Shown piece after piece: positions 28,947-37,167 of a DNA stretch of 64,000 nucleotides. Source of the DNA: Verrucomicrobiota bacterium (GTDB lineage: Bacteria; Verrucomicrobiota; Verrucomicrobiia; Limisphaerales; J093); NCBI GenBank assembly GCA_027493615.1, contig JAOSKK010000038.1, positions 907,333 to 971,332 of the forward strand, written 5' to 3'. Every line of letters starts with the position of its first letter. Position 1 is the stretch's first letter. The notes beneath the pieces were generated by a model that worked only from the letters and a program-made list of their open reading frames with translations, had not been told where the DNA came from and did no database searches. Made by a program: the position numbers and the translations under genes.

Positions 28947-31494
28947 ATGAATACTACAACGATTGCACCAAGCGAAGGAACGACCACCACCGCCGCCAGG
29001 ACCCGGGTGCTCTCCACCCAGGAACAGGCCATTGCCGAGAACAAGAAGGTATTGACCGGGACCGCCTCCGACCGGGTTCTCAGAATGTTTGAAGCCATCC
29101 GTGCCTCCGGTCCGCCCCGCGTCGCTCTGGAACGGGCGGTGTATTTCACGGAGTCCTTCAAAACCACCGAGGGTCAGCCGCTGGTCCTGCGCTGGGCCCA
29201 CGCCCTGAAGAACATCGCGGAGAAGATGTCCGTCGCCATCTTCGACGATGAGCTGATCGTGGGCCGCCCGTGTACCTGGTTCGGAAAGTACTCCCTGGTG
29301 TACCCGGAGCTTGACGGCACCATCATCCAGGAGGGAGCCAAGGCTTTCATTGAGGCTAAGAAGGCCGGAGCCCCGGATGCCGTGACCGTGACGGATGAAG
29401 ACAAGCAGATCATTGATGAGGTCCTTTTCCCCTATTGGAAGGGCAAGGACTTTACCCCGAATTTCATCAAGGCCCTGCCCCTGAGACCCGACACTTGTTC
29501 TGGGGTTCTGATCCCGAGAATGTGGGGACCAAGTTTTCGTTCGTGATCATTTCTACTTCCACCATGCGGCATTCCCAGAATTGGGTCCCCGATTTTGAGA
29601 AGATGCTAAAGCGGGGCTGCAAAGGTTTGCGCGACGAAGCCCAGGCAAAGTTGGCCGCGCTGGAAGATCCGCGCGACCTGGCGTTCAAGAGGCCCTTCTA
29701 CGAAGCGGCCATCATCACCTGCGACGCCTTGAGCCTCCTGGCCAAACGATACTCGGACTTGGCCGCAGGGATGGCAGCCAAGATGAAAGATGCCCAGCGC
29801 AAGAAGGAACTGGAGGAGATCGCGGCCATCTGCGCCTGGGTTCCAGAAAACCCGGCGCGCACCTTCCGGGAAGCGATCCAAGCGCAGTGGTTCACCCAGC
29901 TCTTCTCGCGTCTGGAGGAGATGGTCGGGGGACAAGTCAATCAGGGCCGGATGGATCAATATCTCTATCCCACCTACAAGAAGGACACCGAGACGGGGCG
30001 CCTCACGCCGGAGAGCGCGCAGGAGCTGTTCCAGTGCCTTTGGCTGCACATCATGCAGAGCATCGAGTCGCAAATGTCACCCTCCGCAGCCAAGGGCCGC
30101 GAGGGATTTTCCCACCACGAGACCGTGACCATCGGCGGCCAGACCACCGACGGTTTCGACGCCACGAACGAGCTCTCTTACCTGATCCTGCAATCGACCC
30201 GGCCGCTCAAGTGCAGCTACCCGGAGCTGGGGGTCCGGATCCACGCCAATACCCCCGACAAGTTCCTGCATGCTGTGGCCGAGACCATCAAGGACGGCAA
30301 GGGGGTCGCCCAAACTGATCAACGACGAGTTCGAGGTACCGTGGTTCATGAGCAACGGCATCGTAAAGCGGGAAGCCCTGGATTACGCCATGTCGGGATG
30401 CTCGGAATCGCGCCTGCCCAACCGCGAGACCCACAAGACCGGCAATGGCGGCATCAATTACGGCGTGGTCATGGAGATGACGCTCCGCGACGGCAAGGTC
30501 AAAATCTACAAGGACGAGCAGTTCGGCCTGAAGACTGGTAATCCGCGGACCTTCAAGACCTACGACGACGTGTGGGATGCGTTCACGATGCAGCTCAAGA
30601 ACGTCGTCAAGCACATCATGATCCAGAACTACGTGGCGGCCGGGATGAAGTCCAAGTACATCGCGGCTCCGCTGGCCTCCACGCTGCATGACCTGTGCAT
30701 GGAGCATGGCCGGGACCTCCACTCACACGCAGATTACATCCCCGGGGCCCTGGATGCTTCCTGCATTGACGGGCTTGGCGGGTTCGCGACCTGCATCGAT
30801 TCACTGGCAGCCATCAAGCACCTAATCTATGACACGAAAAAGCTGACCTGGGACCAGCTCCTGGAGGCCCTGGAGAACAACTGGGAGGGCAAGGAGGCCA
30901 TCCGCCAGATGTGCCTCAATGCACCCAAGTACGGCAATGGCATCGAGTGGGTGGATACCATCGGCTACCACATCCAGCGCACCGTGATGGAGTATGCCCA
31001 CAACCATCCCAGGCCGCACGGCCAGAGCGCCAACTATGCGCATCATCCCCATCACCTTCCACAACCCATGCGGCAAGGTGACCATGGCGACGCCGAACGG
31101 CCGGCCGGCCGGGGAGTACCTTTCTGACGGGATCGTTCCCTCGCACGGCTGCGATACCAAGGGGCCAACCGTTACCCTCCAGTCCATCGCCCGGGCGACC
31201 TGCCAAATCTACAAGACGCATCGCGAAGACCTGCTCAACATGAAGATGGCGCCTGCGAACGTGGCTGGCGAGGAGGGGACGCGCCGGCTCATGCAGCTCA
31301 TCCGCGCCTGGAGCAGCCAGAAGCACGCGCACATCCAGTTCAATATCCTCAATCGACAATCCCTGCTGGAGGCGCAGAAGAACCCGGAGAAGTACCGGGA
31401 TCTCGTCGTGCGGGTTGCCGGCTATTGCGCGTACTTCACCGACCTTTCGCCCTCACAGCAGGCGGAAATCATCGCGCGAACAGAAGAGCAATGA
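28947..31494 (+). CDS. Glycyl radical enzyme, PFL2/glycerol-dehydratase-like (1,2-eliminase type); frame broken 3 times
   Basis: Four consecutive pieces: 28947..29546, 29435..30541, 30270..31127 and 30994..31494. The shifts lie at the C4 run 29478-29481, the G5 run 30301-30305 and near 31020. The N-terminus LERAVYFTESFKTTEGQPLVLRWAHAL is typical of the PFL2 family. The Cys loop MSGCSES has its Cys codon at 30399-30401. The C-terminal glycyl radical motif is VVRVAGYCAYF (31411-31425). Total length is about 848 aa. Confidence 0.9.
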
Positions 31495-31574
31495 TCTGGG
31501 CCGTGGCATTAGAGCGACAGTGCAAACCATCTGACTCTTTGAGGGCCTCCGGTGTAGCAGGTGCGATCGCCGGA

Positions 31575-31589
31575 CAACAACAACAACAA
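31575..31589 (+). repeat. (CAA)5 / (AAC)n trinucleotide run in the GRE-AcnX intergenic spacer
   Basis: ggacaacaacaacaacaacgg is read directly at 31572-31592. It stands out in an otherwise GC-rich context and lies about 57 nt upstream of the ATG at 31647. Confidence 0.9.
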
Positions 31590-31646
31590 CGGTGCCGTCT
31601 TTCCGGCCCTGCAAGCGAGCGCCAAACATCACGGATAAGGAAGATT

Positions 31647-32081
31647 ATGGCACAGACAATTGTCCTGACCGGTATAGCCCGGTCAAAAGGGAAAGTGAAA
31701 GCCGAAGCGATGGTAAATCGCCAACGGATTGGATGGGCGTTCAACCACGTCGGCAACGAGGACGGCATGGTTATGGCGCCAGGCGCCGACACCAAAGGCA
31801 AAATCGTGACCGGCAAGATTTTTGTCTACCCCACGACGGCCGGCTCCACCAGCGGTGCCTTCAGTCTGTACTACAAGTGCAAGGTCTCGAACCACGGTCC
31901 CGCAGGCCTCATCTGTCAGGAGGTCCACTGGATCGACATCAGCGGCGCCATCGCCGGGGAAATTCCGGCCGTGGACAAGTTGGACCAGGATCCAATCACG
32001 ACCATTAAGGACGGCGACATGGTTGAGATCGACGCGCCCGAGGTTGGCGAGAAGGCCACCGTCACGATTACCCGCACGTAG
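31647..32081 (+). CDS. Aconitase X swivel-domain protein (DUF126; AcnX small subunit)
   Basis: The ATG at 31647 is preceded by aaggaag. The 144-aa product is MAQTIVLTGIARSKGKVKAEAMV...GKIFVYPTTAGSTSGAFSLYY...GPAGLICQE...AIAGEIPAVD, which fits the DUF126 pattern. Confidence 0.85.
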   Translation: MAQTIVLTGIARSKGKVKAEAMVNRQRIGWAFNHVGNEDGMVMAPGADTKGKIVTGKIFVYPTTAGSTSGAFSLYYKCKVSNHGPAGLICQEVHWIDISGAIAGEIPAVDKLDQDPITTIKDGDMVEIDAPEVGEKATVTITRT

Positions 32082-32123
32082 CCAGCAGCCCACGTCACCC
32101 CCACTAACCAAAGCCATATCAAT

Positions 32124-33608
32124 ATGAAAATGAAGCTGACCCGGTACCAGCAGGAAATGCTCGACGGCAAGCACGGCGAAGCCAAGCAATTCTGCATGGA
32201 CAAACTCATGGACTTCGGCAAAGCGGTCGAAGCCACGGAAATGGTGGACCTCGTCCTCACGCTGAACTGCTGTCCCATTTACGTGAAGGATCGGCTGGAG
32301 CCGAAGCGACTCGAGAAGCTCAATGCTTACGACCTGGGCCACAGCCCGCTCTACGATCCAATCTTTGCCATGAAGGACGCGCACGTCCACGACGAATCCG
32401 GCACCGAGTGCGGGAACGACCCCTATATGTGCCAGTTGGACAAGGCCAAAGAGATCAAGGGACCGCCGAATGGCAAACCCTGGAACTTCGAGATTCCCGG
32501 CAAAGGCACCTTCAAGCTGGACGAGGAAATGGTCGGCGGCTTCCAGGCGGGTTACGACAAGCTGATGGAACATGGCTGGCTCCCCTGGCTCTCGTGTAAC
32601 CCCTATTTCAACACGCGCATCCCCAAGATGGGCGAGTACGCCGCCAGCTCCGAGTCCAGCGCCGCGTGCTACATCAACACCATCCTTGGCGCCCGAACCA
32701 ACCGGGAATCTGCCGTCAACACTGTTTACTGCGCCTACACCGGGTGCCTGCCCAAATACGGCACTCACCTCGACGAATTCCGCGCGGCCAAGTGCATCGT
32801 CGAGCTGACGGACGAGGTTCGTGACAACATCAAGGGAATGGCTGATTGGGGCGCCCTGGGTGCCGCCATTGCCGAGAAAGCGCAAAACCGGATCATGGCG
32901 GTGCTCAATCTGCCCAAGAAGATGGGTCCGGGCGCGACCAAGAATCTGATATCCTGCGCCTCGCCCGGCATGAACGACCCCATGATGCATCTGATGGGCT
33001 ACACGCCGGAGTCCCCGACGCTGGAGGCCGCCTTCAAAGGCAAGATGCCCAAGAACCCGGAACGGTACACAGTCACGATGGAGGACGTCGTCGAGATGTA
33101 CCGCCATCTCAACGCCATCGCCCCGGCGCCCGGTCCGGAAAGGGCGAAGCCCGTGGACATCGTCTTTTTCGGTTGTCCGCACGCGACCTGGGATGAGGTC
33201 CGCGAGGTCGCGCGCCTGGTCAAGGGGAAGAAGGTCAAGGAGGGAGTGAAGCTGTGGGTGCAGACCGACACGCCCACGTACTTCATGGCCCAGCACTACG
33301 GCGATACCAAGACCATCGAGGATGCGGGCGGCCACATCTTCCACCAGACCTGCATCGCCATGTCCCCGATCCGGCACTACCCGAAGGGAACAGTCATCGC
33401 GACCGACAGCTTCAAGTACGTGAAGCTGGGCGGCGGCTTCGGACCGAAATGGATCTATGGCAATCCGGAAGCCCTCGTCAACGCGGCCGTCACCGGGGTG
33501 TTCACGCCGACCGCGCGCTGGGAGTACTGGAGCAAACCGCGCAAGGACCGGCTCGACAGCGAAAGGGAACGCCCTCTCTATCAGGGGGAAAGGCCAATGG
33601 TCGACTAA
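32124..33608 (+). CDS. Aconitase X catalytic-domain protein (DUF521; AcnX large subunit)
   Basis: Intact 494 aa. The sequence MKLTRYQQEMLDGKHGEAKQFCMDKLMDFGKAVEATEMVDL... has the typical DUF521 start, and the size fits. It is paired with the DUF126 gene 43 nt upstream. Confidence 0.85.
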   Translation: MKMKLTRYQQEMLDGKHGEAKQFCMDKLMDFGKAVEATEMVDLVLTLNCCPIYVKDRLEPKRLEKLNAYDLGHSPLYDPIFAMKDAHVHDESGTECGNDPYMCQLDKAKEIKGPPNGKPWNFEIPGKGTFKLDEEMVGGFQAGYDKLMEHGWLPWLSCNPYFNTRIPKMGEYAASSESSAACYINTILGARTNRESAVNTVYCAYTGCLPKYGTHLDEFRAAKCIVELTDEVRDNIKGMADWGALGAAIAEKAQNRIMAVLNLPKKMGPGATKNLISCASPGMNDPMMHLMGYTPESPTLEAAFKGKMPKNPERYTVTMEDVVEMYRHLNAIAPAPGPERAKPVDIVFFGCPHATWDEVREVARLVKGKKVKEGVKLWVQTDTPTYFMAQHYGDTKTIEDAGGHIFHQTCIAMSPIRHYPKGTVIATDSFKYVKLGGGFGPKWIYGNPEALVNAAVTGVFTPTARWEYWSKPRKDRLDSERERPLYQGERPMVD

Positions 33609-33634
33609 CAGCGAGCTGCCGTCTGAAGATGCGG

Positions 33635-33663
33635 CGAGCACCCCGGTTCGCCGGGGGTGCTCG
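33635..33663. terminator. GC-rich hairpin with UUCG loop after the AcnX large-subunit gene
   Basis: Left arm cgagcaccccgg, loop ttcg, right arm ccgggggtgctcg, giving 12 bp with one bulged G. It lies 27 nt after the stop at 33608. There is no U-tract. Confidence 0.45.
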
Positions 33664-33751
33664 AACCCCCAGCGGATGGCGCCGCCCGTCTCTTGCCATA
33701 TCACATGAGCCATCCACGAAACGTCGAGCGAAGCCCAAAGATGATCCAGCC

Positions 33752-34365
33752 ATGAAGGCGCACACGACGCTTCCCTTTGTTGACACCAACATTATCCCTG
33801 ACAGGAATGCCGGGATCGGGAGCCTTCTGTGGGATCTCCAGAATCCTCACGATCCCGACCGGGATGGACCGCCCCTGTTAGACCCTGAGTTCGCGCTCCT
33901 TGATGTCGGCGTATCCCGTGCCAAGGTGGCGACCGCTCTCAAAACGCTCCTGGTAAGGGACCTCGCAATGGACGTCGATTATGTGGCCACGGAGCGCGTT
34001 GAGGCGGTGCCCTATGCGAACGTCACTCTCGCGGGAGCGAGGGCGGAGAAGATCCGTCGGTGCTTGTCCGCGATCTTTTCTTCCAAGGGGGCGAACTGCG
34101 AGGTCAAGGACTGGCATTTTGTGGTTAATTGTAAAGGCAAGGTCTCTTCCGTCGCCTACTTGTACCGTCGGCATGGGAATGAGGTCTGTGAGTCGTACTT
34201 CCTGGGCCGGACGTTCATGTACTCCGGTGAACCCGTTGAGTTTTCCGACCCACGGCTTAATGAGATGCTGGCCTTTGATGTGCCGAAGATCGAAGCACGC
34301 ATTGAGCTGGAGAAAAGGCGGGATAGCGATCCAGCCAGCCAGCCCCTTCCTGGGCTGGCTACAGG
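33752..34365 (+). CDS. Hypothetical protein (orphan), possibly the N-terminal part of a single 33752..35013 gene
   Basis: ATG at 33752 in the frame of track ORF 33254..34558 (MKAHTTLPFVDTNIIPDRNAGIGSLLWDL...). Past about 34360 that frame turns into low-quality sequence, while ORF 34366..35013 starts there in another frame. No family recognised. Local GC is low. Confidence 0.45.
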
Positions 34366-35013
34366 ATGGAAAGAAATCCTCTGGAGACCGGTCTCGCGGA
34401 ACTCGGGATCACCTTGCAGAAGACCGATGTTCCTCAACGGATCAAGAACAGGCAGAACGTTCTGTTTCTTGGAAATGTCCTCAATCATTATCCGCAAAGT
34501 GAACAGCCCGATGCACTCGAGCGGGTCGCCGTCAGCTTGGAATCCGGGGATCTTGTGATCGTTCAGACGGATGACGTCGAGACTCCCTGCATCGAGGTTT
34601 TCCGTGTCAAAGGGCAGGGCTTTCGAAAAACGCGTGAGCGTGTGAGGTGGATCGATACCAAACAGCTAGAGGTCCGGAAGCCTGACCGCGCCTCGGGATC
34701 ATGGCGGCAGATCCGCTTGAAGCCGGAAGTCGAACGGCTGGCCAGCCGTTTGATTGAGTATCTCGAGAGGAAGGCGAGCCTCCCGGGGTGGAGTCAAAGA
34801 GATAATCAGGCCTTTGTCCATCAACATGTACGTTGCGTATTTCGAACCTTCTTCAGGGCTTTGCCTGCTGAAGAGACTATTCGTATCGCGATCCGAGAGG
34901 CCCTGCGGAGACTGGCATCCGAGGGAGGCCTGAATGGGATTGCTATCTTCAACGATGATGCGGAAGTTGCCTGTGGAGGCGCGTTGGGGGTAGACCCGAG
35001 TCACATCGCGTGA
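34366..35013 (+). CDS. Hypothetical protein (orphan)
   Basis: 215-aa ORF in the least GC-rich part of the window (my hand count gives 40% G+C at 34441-34500). NVLFLGNVLNHYP...SLESGDLVIV is faintly methyltransferase-like, but I cannot support a family call. Confidence 0.5.
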   Translation: MERNPLETGLAELGITLQKTDVPQRIKNRQNVLFLGNVLNHYPQSEQPDALERVAVSLESGDLVIVQTDDVETPCIEVFRVKGQGFRKTRERVRWIDTKQLEVRKPDRASGSWRQIRLKPEVERLASRLIEYLERKASLPGWSQRDNQAFVHQHVRCVFRTFFRALPAEETIRIAIREALRRLASEGGLNGIAIFNDDAEVACGGALGVDPSHIA

Positions 35014-35119
35014 GATGCCGATGTGAACACACTTGACGCCAGAAGCCGCCAGGCGGAGACACCGCTGAGAGAGTTGGCGGGCAAATGAAGCGGAACAGCC
35101 CACAGAAGAGAGTCGAGCA

Positions 35120-35992
35120 ATGAATGAATTCCTTCAGCGCGGGTTGAACCCGGTTATTCTGATCTATGTGGTCAGCGCCATGCTGGCCTTGGGGTTAGGT
35201 CAGACCGTGAGCCACATTCTTGGACCGCTTCGCAGTGTCCGCCTAACGCTCTCTGCGGTGGTGGCGAGCTACCTCATTCTCCCTCTGCTGGCTGCCTTGA
35301 CCGCGAGGCTTTTCGCACTTGAACCAGGGCTGCGATATGGTCTGGTGCTGATGGCCATGTCAGCAGGAGCCGAGGTCGGCCCGCTCTTAACCACTACCTC
35401 CAATGCCAACGTCAGGCTTTCCGCTGGCATTCTGGTCCTGTCCTTGGGCATTACGATCCTCTACTTGCCTCTGATGCTGGGAGTGCTTCTCCCGGATGTG
35501 CATTTTGACGTGAAACATCTGCTGCTGAAGTTGTTCCTAACCATCGTGGCACCGTTGCTTCTCGGTCTGCTTATCAGATCCCGATGGGAGAAGGTCGCCC
35601 ACGCCGCTGAAAAGCCTCTGCATCAAATTTCCCGTGTATTCGTCATCTTGCTCACTGTCATTGTCCTCCTGCTGTATTACAGGCGCATCATGGGGATGTT
35701 CGGCACCTACGCAATCTTGGCCGCCATCATCAGTGTCGTCGGCGGCTTTGGGATCGGCTACTTGCTGGGGTGGCCGGAACGGGGCACAAGGCTGGCCATG
35801 GGATACATGCATGGTGCGCGCAGCGCCAGCATTGCAGTGATGGTGGCCGCCGATGTGTTTCGGGATCAGCCAAACGCGATGCTGATGATCGCGACCGTGA
35901 CGCTGTTTATTCTGGGGTTGCTCATACCCGCCTCCTTTTTGTTCAGAATCAAGCACGAGCCCGGAGAAGAACAACCTCAATCCATCAGTTGA
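35120..35992 (+). CDS. Bile acid:Na+ symporter (BASS/SBF-like) family transporter
   Basis: Intact 290 aa with about 9 hydrophobic segments. The layout and motifs (LVLMAMSAGAEVGP, MHGARSASIAVMVA) resemble the SBF-like/BASS family. Confidence 0.7.
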   Translation: MNEFLQRGLNPVILIYVVSAMLALGLGQTVSHILGPLRSVRLTLSAVVASYLILPLLAALTARLFALEPGLRYGLVLMAMSAGAEVGPLLTTTSNANVRLSAGILVLSLGITILYLPLMLGVLLPDVHFDVKHLLLKLFLTIVAPLLLGLLIRSRWEKVAHAAEKPLHQISRVFVILLTVIVLLLYYRRIMGMFGTYAILAAIISVVGGFGIGYLLGWPERGTRLAMGYMHGARSASIAVMVAADVFRDQPNAMLMIATVTLFILGLLIPASFLFRIKHEPGEEQPQSIS

Positions 35993-35998
35993 CGCACC

Positions 35999-37159
35999 AT
36001 GAAACGCCCATCCAAACGCATCGGAATCAATCTCGGCGGCGGCTATGTCGCCGGGATCAATGCGGTGATTGCCGGCACGGTTCTTGCGGGGCAGGAGTTG
36101 GGTTGGGAGGTCATGGGCGTCCGCGACGGCTTTGATGGGCTGCTTTTTCCGGAACGCTACCCCGAGGGCGGACTAGTCCAACTCACGCCACAACTACTCG
36201 AGAACCTCTCGGGTAGCGCCAGGCCCATTTTGGGCAACGCCACCCGGACGGACCCTTTCCGCATCCGGCAGGTGAACGCCGAGAACATGGTCGAGGAGTT
36301 GGACTGCTCCAGCGACCTGATCGCTAAGGTCAACGTCGAGAAGTTGGACGCGGTCATTTCCGTCGTCGGCCCGCAAGCGCTGAGCATTCTCTTCCGGCTC
36401 CATCGTCATGGACTCAAGACGGTCTGCGTGCCGACTTCCGTGGAAAACGACGTGGCCGTGACGCAACTCTCGTTCGGATTCAACAGCGCACTGAGCTTTG
36501 CGGTGGACATGCTTGACCGCGTGCGGCAGGCGGGGCAAACGGCGCGGAAGATCGGGGTGGTCGAGGTCCTGGGCGAGCACGCCGGCTGGCTGGCCCTGCA
36601 AGCCGCCGTCGCCGTGTGCGCTGATGCGGTGCTGATCCCGGAGATTCGCTACGACCTCCAGAAGGTGGCCGCGAATCTCAGGGAAAGACTCCAGACGGGA
36701 CGCGCCTCCGGTCTCGTGGTGGTCGCCGAGGGCGCCCGGCCGCGCGACGGACAGCAAACTGGCGCAGGGGCAGCGACGCCGGACTCTCTCAAAGCCTCGC
36801 TTTCTCCGGGGGCGACCGGGGAGGGAGGCTCGCACGTTATCGAATCGTCCGGTCGAACGGCCCAGTCTGTGGCGCTCCGACTTCAACGGTTGACCGACCG
36901 GGCGACCTACCCGCTCGCCTTGGGCCCGTTGGTCAAAGGCGGGGCGCCCACGGCCGTGGATCGGCAGCTTGGGCTTGCTTACGGCGCCGCCGCCGTGCGC
37001 GCGCTCCATGAGAATCAAACCGGCGTGATGGTGGCCTTCCAACCGCCGGACTTGAGATTCGTGCCGCTGGCGGACGCCATCAACAAAGTCCGCACCGTGC
37101 CTGCTGACAGTGTCTTCGTTCAGACCGCTCGGTCGCTGGGCATCGCGTTGGGAGATTGA
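35999..37159 (+). CDS. Phosphofructokinase-fold protein with degenerate catalytic motifs
   Basis: Intact 386 aa that aligns by eye to PfkA. IGINLGGGYVAGINAVI sits where PfkA has GGDAPGMNAAI. AVISVVGPQAL sits where PfkA has VVIGGDGS. CVPTSVENDV sits where PfkA has PGTIDND. VVEVLGEHAGWLAL sits where PfkA has VVEVMGRYCGDL. PLVKGG sits where PfkA has HIQRGG. Confidence 0.8.
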   Translation: MKRPSKRIGINLGGGYVAGINAVIAGTVLAGQELGWEVMGVRDGFDGLLFPERYPEGGLVQLTPQLLENLSGSARPILGNATRTDPFRIRQVNAENMVEELDCSSDLIAKVNVEKLDAVISVVGPQALSILFRLHRHGLKTVCVPTSVENDVAVTQLSFGFNSALSFAVDMLDRVRQAGQTARKIGVVEVLGEHAGWLALQAAVAVCADAVLIPEIRYDLQKVAANLRERLQTGRASGLVVVAEGARPRDGQQTGAGAATPDSLKASLSPGATGEGGSHVIESSGRTAQSVALRLQRLTDRATYPLALGPLVKGGAPTAVDRQLGLAYGAAAVRALHENQTGVMVAFQPPDLRFVPLADAINKVRTVPADSVFVQTARSLGIALGD

Positions 37160-37167
37160 GGTGACTT

